DNA of 64,000 nucleotides, from contig OZ245046.1 of the NCBI GenBank assembly GCA_965224245.1, positions 3,488,001 to 3,552,000 of the forward strand, in the 5' to 3' direction. A program made the position numbers and the translations under genes. Below are positions 19,116 to 28,846 of this stretch, piece after piece. Source of the DNA: Candidatus Eiseniibacteriota bacterium (GTDB lineage Bacteria > Eisenbacteria > RBG-16-71-46 > CAZAMP01). The notes under the pieces were generated by a model. It worked only from the letters and a program-made list of their open reading frames with translations. It was not told where the DNA came from and did no database searches. Every line of letters begins with the position of its first letter. Within the stretch, counting starts at the first letter, position 1.

Positions 19116-19279
19116 CAGAAGAGCGTGTAGATGAACGGCGCCGCGCTCTGCCCGATCACGACCACGAGCCCGAGCGTCAACAGCAGCAGCACCAGGGGAA
19201 CCGGCCACCAGACCCGGTTCACCACCGAGTAGGCGCAGAGCTCGAGGAAGAGCCGGCCCAGATGTCGAACGCGCATCAT
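19115..19279 (-). CDS. DUF5989/SxtK-like small membrane peptide (54 aa) with C-terminal FIYxxF motif
   Basis: Hand-translated: MMRVRHLGRLFLELCAYSVVNRVWWPVPLVLLLLTLGLVVVIGQSAAPFIYTLF*. Below the ORF-track cutoff; its stop overlaps the next ATG. Confidence 0.9.
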   Translation of the reverse strand: MMRVRHLGRLFLELCAYSVVNRVWWPVPLVLLLLTLGLVVVIGQSAAPFIYTLF

Positions 19280-19325
19280 GACGACCTCGATCGGGTTCCA
19301 GAGGACCCAGCGGCTCTCGCCGGGA

Positions 19326-21161
19326 TCAGTCGAGCACGTAGTCCTCGCGCCAGTCGTCCCGGTCGGCGAACTCGGGCTGCCGGGACTTCTCGAGCACGCA
19401 GTTCTCGAGCACGAGATGGTCCATCTCCGTGCGCATGAAGCAGCGATACGCGTCCTCGGGCGTGCAGACGATCGGCTCGCCGCGGACGTTGAACGACGTG
19501 TTTATGATGACCCCGCATCCGGTCAGGCGCTCGAACGCCCGGATGATCGCATGATAGTCCGGGTTCCGCTCGGCCGTCACCGACTGTACGCGCGCGGAGT
19601 AGTCGACGTGCGTGATCGCCGGGATGTCCGAACGGACCTCGTTGACCCACTGGCGGAGATCGCCCGTCTGGGGCCCGGTGCCGGGGTCGAGCCGCCGCTT
19701 CTCGCGCACGTCGGCCACCAGCAGCATGTACGGCGACTCCACGTCCAGGTCGAAGTACTCGTCGATCGTCTCGTACAGCACCGACGGCGCGAACGGCCGG
19801 AACGACTCCCGGTACTTGATCTTGAGGTTCATGATCGACTGCATCTTCGGCGACCGCGCGTCTCCGACGATCGAACGGTGGCCGAGCGCGCGAGGTCCGA
19901 ACTCCATGCGTCCCTGGCAGAGCCCGACCACGTTCTGGTCCGCGATCAGCTCGGCCACGTGCTCGGCGCGGGCCTCCGGTGATTCGAACACGCGGTACGG
20001 GTACCCGTTGGCGTCGAGGTAGGCCCGGATCTCGTCGGGATCGAAGCGCGGTCCGAGGTACGCGCCCTGCATCGCGTCGTGCACCCCGTCGGGGGACCGC
20101 GGCTTGCCCGCGATCTGGTGCCACGCGTAGAGGGCCGCACCGAGCGCGCCGCCCGCGTCCCCGGCCGCGGGCTGGATCCACAGCTCGTCGAAGATTCCGT
20201 CGCGGAGCAGCCGTCCGTTCGCGACGCAGTTCAGGGCGACGCCACCGGCCATGACCACGCGGCGCTCGCCGGTGACGAGCCGGGCGAAGCGCGCCATCCG
20301 GAGCACGATCTCCTCGGTGACCACCTGGATCGAGCGCGCCAGGTTGCGCTCGCGCTCGGTGATCTCGCTCTCCGGCGTTCGGGGTGGGCCGTCGAACAGC
20401 TCGGCGAACGCACCGTTCGTCATCGTGAGCCCGCCCATGTAGTCGAAGTAGCGCTGGTTCATCCGGAACGAGCCGTCCTCGCGGAGATCCACCAGATGCT
20501 CGAGGATGCGGTCGACGTACGTCGGCTCACCGTACGGCGCGAGGCCCATCAGCTTGTACTCGCCCGAGTTCACCCGGAACCCGGTGAAGTACGTGAACGC
20601 CGAGTACAGGAGTCCCAGCGAGTGCGGAAACCGCAGCTCACGCACGAGCTCCACGTGGTTCTCACGACCCACCCCGATCGTGCTCGTCGCCCACTCGCCG
20701 ACGGCATCCAGGGTCAGGATGGCCGCCGAGGGAAACGGTGACGGGAAGAACGCGCTGGCCGCGTGGCTCTCGTGGTGCTCGGTGAAGTACAGCTCGACCG
20801 GGCGCGGGTACCCCAGTCGGCCCAGCTCGCGCTCGATCTCGTAGGGGATCCAGAGCTTCTGTCGCATCCAGAGGCTGATCGCCTTGCGGAACGACGAGAA
20901 CCCCCGGGGCGCGACACGAAAGTACGTGGCCGCCAGCCGCATGAACTTCGTCAGCGGCTTGTCGTAGAACACGACCACGAGATCGTCCGACGGCGACGCG
21001 CCGGCCTCGCGGAGACAGTACGCCACCGCGTGGCGCGGAAAGCGGAAGTCGTGCTTCCTGCGCGTGAACCGCTCCTCCTGCGCCGCGGCGACGATCTCGC
21101 CGTCCCGAACGAGGCAGGCGGCCGAGTCGTGGTAGTAGGCGCTGATCCCGAGGATGATCAC
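19326..21161 (-). CDS. O-carbamoyltransferase (CmcH/NodU/SxtI family)
   Basis: ILGISAYYHDSAA, EHHESHAASAF, GEYKLMGLAPYG, AGGVALN, EFGPRALG, KYRESFRPFAP, NTSFNVRGEP. Confidence 0.95.
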   Translation of the reverse strand: MIILGISAYYHDSAACLVRDGEIVAAAQEERFTRRKHDFRFPRHAVAYCLREAGASPSDDLVVVFYDKPLTKFMRLAATYFRVAPRGFSSFRKAISLWMRQKLWIPYEIERELGRLGYPRPVELYFTEHHESHAASAFFPSPFPSAAILTLDAVGEWATSTIGVGRENHVELVRELRFPHSLGLLYSAFTYFTGFRVNSGEYKLMGLAPYGEPTYVDRILEHLVDLREDGSFRMNQRYFDYMGGLTMTNGAFAELFDGPPRTPESEITERERNLARSIQVVTEEIVLRMARFARLVTGERRVVMAGGVALNCVANGRLLRDGIFDELWIQPAAGDAGGALGAALYAWHQIAGKPRSPDGVHDAMQGAYLGPRFDPDEIRAYLDANGYPYRVFESPEARAEHVAELIADQNVVGLCQGRMEFGPRALGHRSIVGDARSPKMQSIMNLKIKYRESFRPFAPSVLYETIDEYFDLDVESPYMLLVADVREKRRLDPGTGPQTGDLRQWVNEVRSDIPAITHVDYSARVQSVTAERNPDYHAIIRAFERLTGCGVIINTSFNVRGEPIVCTPEDAYRCFMRTEMDHLVLENCVLEKSRQPEFADRDDWREDYVLD

Positions 21162-22744
21162 GGTCGCGTCCCCGATCCGGTCCCGCGTGCCTGAAGGAGC
21201 GGGCGCACGCGCTCGTAGATCGCCGTGGCCACCGCGCGGGCCCCGTCCTCGTCGGTGTGACACCAGTCGATCATCGTGGGACCGTCGAGCTCGTCGAGGG
21301 CGCCGGTGATCACGTGCGTGCCCCCGCGCAGTCGCGCCGTCGCGGCCGCGTAGACCGTGCCCAGGCCGGGGCCGAAGCCGTCGCGAATGTGCGGCTCGTC
21401 CTCCACGAGGCGGACCTTGGTGTAGACACAGGGCTGCCAGAACGCCGCGACGTCGAAGCCGTAGCGCGCCCCGATCGACCCGGCGTGCGCGATCGCCGCC
21501 TCGTAGATGTCGACCGCGTGGCCGGCGAGCGTGTCGGCCGGCGCGGGAAGATCCGCCTCGCCGTAGTACCAGGTCCGGGGGGTCGCCGGCCTGAACGCGT
21601 TCGCCAGCACGTGGAGCCCGCTGAACCGCTTCAGGACCGGAAGGAAGCCGCGATCCTCGAAGCTGGCCTCGAGCTGGCGGTAGTTCTGCGGCGCGGGCTC
21701 GGGACTCGGGCGCTGGAGCTGGGCGAAGACGTCGTTGACGCCGTCGTAGAAGATCGCCAGATCGGGAACGTCGCCGGCCGCGCAGCGCTCGGCCAGGAGC
21801 ATCGCCTCCTGCCAGCTCACGTAGGCGGACTCGCCGTAGTTCACCGCCCGCACCGGCAACGCGTCGGCGGCGGCCAGCTCCGCGAACGCGGACGGGATCG
21901 TGTGGGCGTCCCGGTTTCCCTCGCCCCACATCGTCGACCCGCCGAAGAAGAAGACGGTCGCGACGGCGGCATCGCGCGAGGTCGGCGTCGCTCGCAGACC
22001 GCCGGCCACGCGAATGTACTCGCCCGAGAAGTCCTTGCGGCGCCATCCCGCGAACCCGGCGTAGCGCTGAGCCCGGCTCTGCTCGAGCTCGCGGAAGTAG
22101 TCGGCGGTCCAGCTCGCGTCGTCGTAGGCGGCCGCGTCGGCCCGCGCGTCCCCCCGCCGCCATCCATCGGCGCCGATCGCTCGCAGTGCGACCCCGGCCG
22201 CGAGATTGATCCCGACGACGGCGATGGCGAACGTGACCGCCGCCCGCCAGACGCTGGCACCCCGCGCGTCCACGTCCTCGGACTCGCGCCCGAACTGCCA
22301 GCGCGGCATCGAACGCTCGGCCGACGGATGCAGGCGAACCCAGTAGCTGCTCCGGGACGGCGAGGGCTCCGAGCGGGTCGGATCGCGACCGATCAGTCGG
22401 AGGATCACCGACACCAGCGTGAAGAGCGTGTAGAACACGGCCCCGAGGAGCACGACGCTGAGGATCCCGGACACGACGTGGCCCAGCCACGCGCCGGCGC
22501 GAGCGATCGCCCGCTCCGCCGCGCGCGAGACACGAGCCGAGATCGCCAGGGCGCCCCCCACGACCAGCACGACGATCGCCATGGGATGGTGCCCGAGGAA
22601 CCACAGGAGCGCGGCGACCGCGACCGGCACGAGGATCGACAGCCACGGCGAGACCCGGGGCGCCGGGTCCTCGACGGGAACGGACGGAACGCTACGCCAC
22701 ACCCACGAACCTCCAGGGGAACTCGTCCAAACGGCGTGGATCAT
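21158..22744 (-). CDS. SxtJ-like membrane domain fused to SGNH/GDSL domain
   Basis: SxtJ-like FYTLF...LRLIGRDP...SYW...QF; SGNH blocks FGGSTMWG, NYG, YDGVND, DWCH. Start uncertain. Confidence 0.75.
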   Translation of the reverse strand: MIHAVWTSSPGGSWVWRSVPSVPVEDPAPRVSPWLSILVPVAVAALLWFLGHHPMAIVVLVVGGALAISARVSRAAERAIARAGAWLGHVVSGILSVVLLGAVFYTLFTLVSVILRLIGRDPTRSEPSPSRSSYWVRLHPSAERSMPRWQFGRESEDVDARGASVWRAAVTFAIAVVGINLAAGVALRAIGADGWRRGDARADAAAYDDASWTADYFRELEQSRAQRYAGFAGWRRKDFSGEYIRVAGGLRATPTSRDAAVATVFFFGGSTMWGEGNRDAHTIPSAFAELAAADALPVRAVNYGESAYVSWQEAMLLAERCAAGDVPDLAIFYDGVNDVFAQLQRPSPEPAPQNYRQLEASFEDRGFLPVLKRFSGLHVLANAFRPATPRTWYYGEADLPAPADTLAGHAVDIYEAAIAHAGSIGARYGFDVAAFWQPCVYTKVRLVEDEPHIRDGFGPGLGTVYAAATARLRGGTHVITGALDELDGPTMIDWCHTDEDGARAVATAIYERVRPLLQARGTGSGTRP

Positions 22745-22855
22745 AGCGCGCCCTGCATGTCCGGGGAAGCCACCGGCCGGGAGCCGCCGGCGTGGCGCGC
22801 GAGGAGCGCAGCCGGGCCGACACCGAGGGCCCGGGCGGGACCGGAGCGGTCGACG

Positions 22856-24187
22856 TCAGCGAAACCGGATCCCGCAGCGGACGTTCATCAGGAAGAACGA
22901 CACGTCGTCGGCGTCGGTGTCGTGCGCCTCGACCGTGTACTGCGCGAACGCGTCCACGACGAGGACCGACCAGGCTCCGCCGAACAGGAGCGTCAGCTCG
23001 TCGAAGAGGAAGTCCGACGACTCCAGCGTGAGCGCGTCGGTGGTCGCGAAGTCCAGGGTGGAGCCCGACCCGAGGTAGTTCCGGTAGCCGACGGCGTTCT
23101 CCAGGTCGACCCACAGATCCAGATCCCCCGCCCCGAGATAGCCCACCCGCGCGATCAGCCGCGACTCGTCGTAGTCCCCTTCCCCGCTCAGGTCGGGGAT
23201 GGTCGTGGTGTCGCCATCGGTGGGATCGTCCGGCGACCGGACCCACTCCCCGCCGATCCCCAGCTCCGCCGATGCACCGCTCAGGGTGGACCACGCCCCG
23301 AAGAGCCGGCAACGCGCCAGTCGGTAGCTCGAGTAGGCCTCGTTCGGATCGTCGTAGTGCACGAGCTGACCGTCGACCTCGACGCGAGCGCTCCAGGTCC
23401 ACGAGAGCTCGCGCGTGAACGCGCTCCGCAGGTCGAGGTCGGTGTTGCTGGGAGACACGACACCCGCCTGGTAGTCGTACCGGGTCACCGACAGCGTCGC
23501 GTCGTAGCGCCAGGGCGTGGCCAGGAGCGTGTAGCCGCCGACCTCCCCGAACCAGCGCGTGCGGTCGCCGAAGTACCCGCTGTAGTCGTTTCGATGAGAG
23601 ACGTCGGCGACGGCCCGCACGGTCGTGTCGCCCCACGGCGCGGTGAGCCTGGCGCGGATGCCGGCGCGGTCGTGATCGTACAGGCTGTCGCCCGAGACGC
23701 GTGAGAACGTGTGCCGCGCGGTCAGTCGGAGCCTCGCGCGCGGCGCGAGGGCGCGCTCGGTCCAGACGTCGACGTCGTGGACGAGATCGCGGCTCCGGTC
23801 GTCGCCGGTGAGCCCGTGGTTCAGACGCAGATCCGAGCCCGCGCCGACCGACCAGCCGTCGGCGGGTCGTACTCGATACGCACCGGCGAAGGTCAGCGAC
23901 GAGCGCTCGGCGTCCTGCTCGTACTCGGCGTCGAGCCGCCGCTCGTAGTCCGTCGCCGAGCGCCAGCTCACGTCGACGAAGCCGCCGGCGAGCGTCTCGT
24001 CCGAGCGGATGCTCTCCAGCACGACGTCGGGCACCTCGTCGTCGAGCGAGGGACTGTCCTCGAGATCGAAGAAGAGATCACCCTGTCCGTACGACTCGCT
24101 GAACACGTCGAGCTGGAATCCGAGCTCGAGGCGGAAGGGGTCGAGCCCCTGGGCGGGCGCCGCGCCCGCGAGGGCGATCCCGAGCAA
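22856..24187 (-). CDS. Putative outer-membrane beta-barrel protein
   Basis: Signal-like N-terminus, alternating aromatic/polar strands, C-terminal ...NVRCGIRFR. Start codon uncertain. Confidence 0.6.
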   Translation of the reverse strand: MLGIALAGAAPAQGLDPFRLELGFQLDVFSESYGQGDLFFDLEDSPSLDDEVPDVVLESIRSDETLAGGFVDVSWRSATDYERRLDAEYEQDAERSSLTFAGAYRVRPADGWSVGAGSDLRLNHGLTGDDRSRDLVHDVDVWTERALAPRARLRLTARHTFSRVSGDSLYDHDRAGIRARLTAPWGDTTVRAVADVSHRNDYSGYFGDRTRWFGEVGGYTLLATPWRYDATLSVTRYDYQAGVVSPSNTDLDLRSAFTRELSWTWSARVEVDGQLVHYDDPNEAYSSYRLARCRLFGAWSTLSGASAELGIGGEWVRSPDDPTDGDTTTIPDLSGEGDYDESRLIARVGYLGAGDLDLWVDLENAVGYRNYLGSGSTLDFATTDALTLESSDFLFDELTLLFGGAWSVLVVDAFAQYTVEAHDTDADDVSFFLMNVRCGIRFR

Positions 24188-24224
24188 CCCGACGACGCCG
24201 AGGCCGGCGACGCCGCGCCGGAGG

Positions 24225-25259
24225 CTAGTCGCGAACGGACTCGACCTGCCCCAGGAGCGACGACGCCAGCTGCGCCTCGGCCAGCGCTTGCTTCGGGTTT
24301 CCGTCCTGGAGTGCGCGCCGTCCGCGTTCGACGTGCGACGCAGCGCGCTCCAGAAGCATCTCGACGTTACGATCGGAGCTCTCCCGCAGCTGGGCCTGGA
24401 GCAGGGTCAATCGGTCGGTCACGCGGACGATCACGGCTCGAACCTCGTCCGCGTCCGGCTCTCCGGCCTCCTGACGCAGGATGTCCAGCGCGCGCTGCCG
24501 GGCGCGAAGCGTCAGCTTGCGGGCGGGCTCCAGCTGGCGATCGCGCAGCCGCGCGCGCGCATCGTCCTGCAGGCGACGCGCCTCGTCGAACATCGGGTCC
24601 AGGGCGGGAGCATCATTCACGGCCAGTCGGGCCTCGCGCAAGAACTCTTCAGTGCGGTCGATCTCGGTCTCGATGCGCGCCGCGTCCACACGACCATCAC
24701 CCTGCGCCGCATGCAGGGAGCGCAGCAAGAGGTCGCGTCCGAAGAGCGCGAAACGAACGGCCTGGCGATACAGCCCATCGTCGAACGCGCGCCGGCCGCG
24801 CGAGAGCTGCTGGAGGCCCGCCTCCATCAGTCGCTCGGCCTCGGGATTGGGGGCCGACGTGAGCGCGTCGCGAATCCGGGCCACGAGATCCTCGTTGGCG
24901 GCCAGGGTGACCCGGACCTCGTCGAGCAGCCGGAGCTGAGATCGGGTGATGTCGACGGCACGGATGGCGCTGCGACGCGCCTCCTTCGTGAGCGAGAACG
25001 CGCGGACGCGGCTGTCGTTGCGGAACGCCGACCAGGCTTCGTCCTGCATCTCGGCCGCCAGCGAGAGCACGTTGGACGGGCGCGGACCGAGCGCATGCGT
25101 GACGACGTCGCGAGCCTCCATCAGGATCTCGTCGGTTCGCCGCAGCTCGGCGAGCAGCCGGTCGGCGTTGGGCTGAGCCGTCGCCGGGACGGTGACCAGC
25201 GCCGTCAGCGTGGCGGCGGCGACCAGCGCGAGCATGAGGTGTCGAATGGCGTTCGTCAT
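24225..25259 (-). CDS. Secreted all-alpha protein with four ~75-aa helical repeats
   Basis: Signal peptide ...TVPATA-Q; ABAB repeat pattern; GGAG RBS. Confidence 0.7.
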   Translation of the reverse strand: MTNAIRHLMLALVAAATLTALVTVPATAQPNADRLLAELRRTDEILMEARDVVTHALGPRPSNVLSLAAEMQDEAWSAFRNDSRVRAFSLTKEARRSAIRAVDITRSQLRLLDEVRVTLAANEDLVARIRDALTSAPNPEAERLMEAGLQQLSRGRRAFDDGLYRQAVRFALFGRDLLLRSLHAAQGDGRVDAARIETEIDRTEEFLREARLAVNDAPALDPMFDEARRLQDDARARLRDRQLEPARKLTLRARQRALDILRQEAGEPDADEVRAVIVRVTDRLTLLQAQLRESSDRNVEMLLERAASHVERGRRALQDGNPKQALAEAQLASSLLGQVESVRD

Positions 25260-25306
25260 CGTCGATCACTCCTGGGTGCTCCGACGGGAGCAGTGCCCCA
25301 GAGTTT

Positions 25307-25323
25307 AGCAGTCATCGTGCCAA
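25307..25323 (-). promoter_or_regulatory. Sigma-54 (-24/-12) promoter
   Basis: TTGGCACGATGACTGCT, GG-N10-GC, directly downstream of a sigma-54 activator gene. Confidence 0.8.
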
Positions 25324-25483
25324 CGGCCGGGCGCCGCATCGGCCGCCGAAACCCATTCTACCACAACACGATACCGACAGCCGGGGGACCGCCGGGTCTC
25401 CGTGGCCGGGCGCGGGAGGTGCCCGAGGGGGGACACCGACGCCGCGCGCTGCTCGCCCCGGTACACGGGCCCGTCTCGACCGC

Positions 25484-26899
25484 CTATGCGGGCTCGCCCG
25501 GCCCGGGCATGAGGCCGTGCTTCTCCATCCGCGAGTAGAGCGTGCGGCGGGTCAGCCCCAGGAGCCGCGCGGCCTGGCTCTTGTTGCCGCCCGCGCGCTC
25601 GAGCGCCGCCAGGATCAGGTCGCGCTCGACGGCCTCCAGCGAGAGCCCGTCCTCGGGAATCCGGACGACCGCACCCCTGGGGCCGCCCCCACCGGCGGGC
25701 CCCCTGGAATCGGCACCGGCGGAGTCGGCCAGCGACGGCAGCTCCGCTGGCGTGATCGGCCCCGCACCGGCCAGGATCAACGCGCGCTCGAGGACGTTCT
25801 CGAGCTCGCGGACGTTCCCGGGAAAGGGATGTGCCATCAGCGCCCGCATCGCGTCGGAGGTGACGGCCGTCTCGTCGCGTCCCCGGGACGCGAGGTAGTG
25901 CCGCACCAGAAGGGTCAGGTCGTTGTCCCGCGCCCGCAGGGGCGGCATCTCGATCGGGAACACGTTCAGGCGGTAGAAGAGGTCCTCGCGGAACTCGCCG
26001 GCGCTGATCATCGCCTCGAGCTCCCGATGCGTGGCGGCGATGATGCGAACGTCGGTGGTGAGCGTCTCGGTTCCCCCCACGCGCACGAAGCTCTTCTCCT
26101 CGAGCACCTGGAGGAGCTTCACCTGCGTCGCCGCGGTGAGCTCGCCGATCTCGTCCAGGAAGACCGTCCCCCCGTCGGCGACCTCGAACCGCCCCGGCTT
26201 GTCCCGGATCGCGCCGGTGAACGCACCCTTCTCGTGGCCGAACAGCTCGCTCTCGAGCAGCGTCTCGGGCAGCGCCCCGCAGTTGATCTTCACGAACGAC
26301 CGGGCGCTCCGCTTGCTCGCGGCGTGGATCGCTCGCGCGATCCGCCCCTTGCCGGTGCCGCTCTCTCCCCGGACGAGAACCGTCGCGTCGGAGTCGGCGA
26401 CCTTCCGGGCGAGCGTGAACACGTCGGACATCGCCGCGGACTCGCCGATGATGCCGTCGAACGCGGCGCCGGCGTCCCCGAGTCTCGTGACCAGGCGCTC
26501 GTTCTCGGCGCGCAGCGCGTCGCGATCGGCACGGACCGATCGGAGCTCGGCCACGCGCGTCGCCAGTGCCGACACCTCGTCCAGCTCGAACGGCTTGGTG
26601 AGATAGTCGTAGGCGCCGGCGCGCATGGCATCGACCGCGTTGGACACCGTACCGTGCGCGGTCATGATCACGACCTCGGGCGCGCCCTCGAGCTCCCGGC
26701 ACGCGTGGAGGACGGCCATCCCATCGGGTGGCGGCATCCGCAGGTCGGTGATCACCAGATCGTAGGCGTGCGCCGCCAGGTGTTCGAGCGCGGCGCGTCC
26801 GCTGTCGGCGGTGTCCACGGCGTGACCGTCGTCGGCGAGCGTGTCGGCGACCAGCCTCGCCATCCGGGTCTCGTCGTCACACACGAGTATGCGCATCAC
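25484..26899 (-). CDS. Sigma-54-dependent response regulator (NtrC/ZraR/AtoC family)
   Basis: REC (DD, DLRMP, KPF), GESGTGK, GAFTGA, FREDLFYRLNV, Fis HTH. Confidence 0.95.
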   Translation of the reverse strand: MMRILVCDDETRMARLVADTLADDGHAVDTADSGRAALEHLAAHAYDLVITDLRMPPPDGMAVLHACRELEGAPEVVIMTAHGTVSNAVDAMRAGAYDYLTKPFELDEVSALATRVAELRSVRADRDALRAENERLVTRLGDAGAAFDGIIGESAAMSDVFTLARKVADSDATVLVRGESGTGKGRIARAIHAASKRSARSFVKINCGALPETLLESELFGHEKGAFTGAIRDKPGRFEVADGGTVFLDEIGELTAATQVKLLQVLEEKSFVRVGGTETLTTDVRIIAATHRELEAMISAGEFREDLFYRLNVFPIEMPPLRARDNDLTLLVRHYLASRGRDETAVTSDAMRALMAHPFPGNVRELENVLERALILAGAGPITPAELPSLADSAGADSRGPAGGGGPRGAVVRIPEDGLSLEAVERDLILAALERAGGNKSQAARLLGLTRRTLYSRMEKHGLMPGPGEPA

Positions 26900-28263
26900 G
26901 TCTTCCCATCGAAGGGGACCCGCGGCAGGCGGACCCGGAACTCGGTTCCCGATCCGACCGCGCTGGTCACGTCGATCCGTCCACCGGCGTCGGACACGAC
27001 GCGCTGGGAGATGGCCAGCCCGAGCCCGCTGCCCGTCTCGCGTCCGGAGTGGAACGGCCGGAAGATCGCGTCGAGGTCATCGGCCGCGATCCCGACCCCG
27101 GTGTCCGTCACGCAGACGACCGCCTCGTCCCCGTCCAGCTCGGCGGACACGCGCAACGTACCGCCTTCGGGCATCGCCTGTCTCGCGTTCAGCACGAGAT
27201 TCAGGATCACCTGCTGGAGGGCGCCGGCGTCCAGCGCGACCCCCAGGCCGGTCGGGACGTCGACGGTCACGTCCACGCCCGCGTGGTCGAGGTCGGCGCG
27301 GACGAGTCCGAGCACGACGCCGGCCACCTCACCGACGTCGGCCACCGCGCCGGCATCCCCGGCGCCACCGCGTCGCGCGAATGCCAGGTACGCGTCGACG
27401 ATCGTGGTCAGCCGATCCACCTCGGCCGGGATGTAGTCGAAGAGCTCCTCGCCGGTACCGTGACGCTTGCGCAGCCGCTCGGCCGTGGCGCGGATGATCC
27501 CGAGCGGATTCTTGATCTCGTGCGCGACCGACGCCGCCATCTCACCCATCATCGACAGGGTCTCGGTGCGCTGAAGCGTCTCGTCCAGCTGCCACTGCAT
27601 CCGGACGGTGCGAAAAAGCGTCACGCCCAGAAGCACGATCGCGATCGCGCTGGCGCCTCCGGCCAGCAGCGCCGCGTGGCGCACGCGATCGAGCGCGCCG
27701 AAGTAGCCGGCGCCCGCCTCCACCGCCACCACGGCGATCACGTCCTCGCCGTCGCGGAGCGGCGCGTAGCCGTTCTTGTAGTACGCGCCGTGCGACGCGT
27801 AGAGGTCGCTGGTGGCGTCGAGGCCGCTGCGGGCCGCGGTAAACGCGGCCCGGTGGAGGCTCGCGACGGGATGCGGCTCACCCGCGGGCACGCCGCCGTT
27901 CAGGTCCACGAGTGATCGCCCGCCGACGTCCAGCAGGCTGACGTTCGCCAGATCCAGATCCGAGGCGAGCTCTTCGAAGTGCAGGCGCACCGAGAGCGCG
28001 CCGAGCGATCCCTCCGGATCGCGCCGGATGTCCTCGACGTCGCTCACGTCGATCGGACGCGTGGCCGCGATGGAGATCGCGGCCAGCCGCGCCCCCAGCT
28101 CGGAGTCGAGGGCGCCCCGGGTCGCGCGATAGAACCGCCAGCCCGCCACGTTCACCACGGCCAGGATCGACGCGAACACGAAGAAGAAGACGAGGATGCG
28201 CCTGGCCCGCCGGTCGCTCCGGCGCCGGACCCGGCGAGAGAACGTCGACTCGACGCGTCCCAT
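26896..28263 (-). CDS. Membrane sensor histidine kinase (ZraS-like)
   Basis: Two TMs around a periplasmic domain; AHEIKNPL, NLVLNA, DTGVG, GSGLGL. Confidence 0.93.
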   Translation of the reverse strand: MGRVESTFSRRVRRRSDRRARRILVFFFVFASILAVVNVAGWRFYRATRGALDSELGARLAAISIAATRPIDVSDVEDIRRDPEGSLGALSVRLHFEELASDLDLANVSLLDVGGRSLVDLNGGVPAGEPHPVASLHRAAFTAARSGLDATSDLYASHGAYYKNGYAPLRDGEDVIAVVAVEAGAGYFGALDRVRHAALLAGGASAIAIVLLGVTLFRTVRMQWQLDETLQRTETLSMMGEMAASVAHEIKNPLGIIRATAERLRKRHGTGEELFDYIPAEVDRLTTIVDAYLAFARRGGAGDAGAVADVGEVAGVVLGLVRADLDHAGVDVTVDVPTGLGVALDAGALQQVILNLVLNARQAMPEGGTLRVSAELDGDEAVVCVTDTGVGIAADDLDAIFRPFHSGRETGSGLGLAISQRVVSDAGGRIDVTSAVGSGTEFRVRLPRVPFDGKT

Positions 28264-28366
28264 CAGCGCTCGCTTCGTTGGATCCGGCGGCCGGGGCCCG
28301 CCGAACGTCCCCGGCCCCCTGCGCTCCGGCGGGCTCGCCGGTGGCGCGCGGCGGGCCGGGCCGTGA

Positions 28367-28846
28367 TCACCCGCGCGAGGCCAGGTTGGCGTCGCGGCGC
28401 GCCTTGGCCTCGGCGGCGCGGCGGCGGTCCTCGTCGGTCTCCAGCTCGAGCGGCGGGACCGGGACGGGCCGGCGCTGCTCGTCGAGCGCCACGAACGTGA
28501 GATACGCGCTGGACGTGTGCGTCTGATCCCCCGTCATCGGGTTCTCCGACCAGACCTTTACGCCCACCTCCATCGACGTGCGCCCGACGTAGTTCACCTG
28601 CGCCCTCAGGATCACGGCGTACCCCTGCGGGATCGGACTGCGGAACGTGATCTGGTCGACGTGCACGGTGTTGACCGGACGGCGGCAGTGGCGCATGGCC
28701 GACATGGCCGCCGCCAGGTCGATGAGGTGCATCACGCGCCCACCGAGGATGTTGCCCTGGTGGTTGGTGTCGTTCGGCAGCACGAGCTCGGTCATCTCCA
28801 CGCGGGAGGCGGAGACCGGCTTGGGCGCCGGCGTGGACGGGGTCAC
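28367..28846 (-). CDS. Acyl-CoA thioesterase (hotdog fold, YciA-like)
   Basis: LPNDTNHQGNILGG, VGRTSMEVGV, YLTFVALDE. Confidence 0.92.
   Translation of the reverse strand: MTPSTPAPKPVSASRVEMTELVLPNDTNHQGNILGGRVMHLIDLAAAMSAMRHCRRPVNTVHVDQITFRSPIPQGYAVILRAQVNYVGRTSMEVGVKVWSENPMTGDQTHTSSAYLTFVALDEQRRPVPVPPLELETDEDRRRAAEAKARRDANLASRG

Noticed and set aside
16666-22646. Apparent long N-terminal extensions (800-aa methyltransferase, 1106-aa carbamoyltransferase ORFs)
   Set aside because: The extensions overlap upstream genes in another frame; real starts at 17502 and 21161 give normal stop/start overlaps. The same applies to tmk, purF and the ECF ATPase.
19115-22744. Saxitoxin biosynthesis cluster
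   Set aside because: Only sxtI/J/K-like families are present; no sxtA, sxtG or other core genes, and the context is envelope glycosylation.
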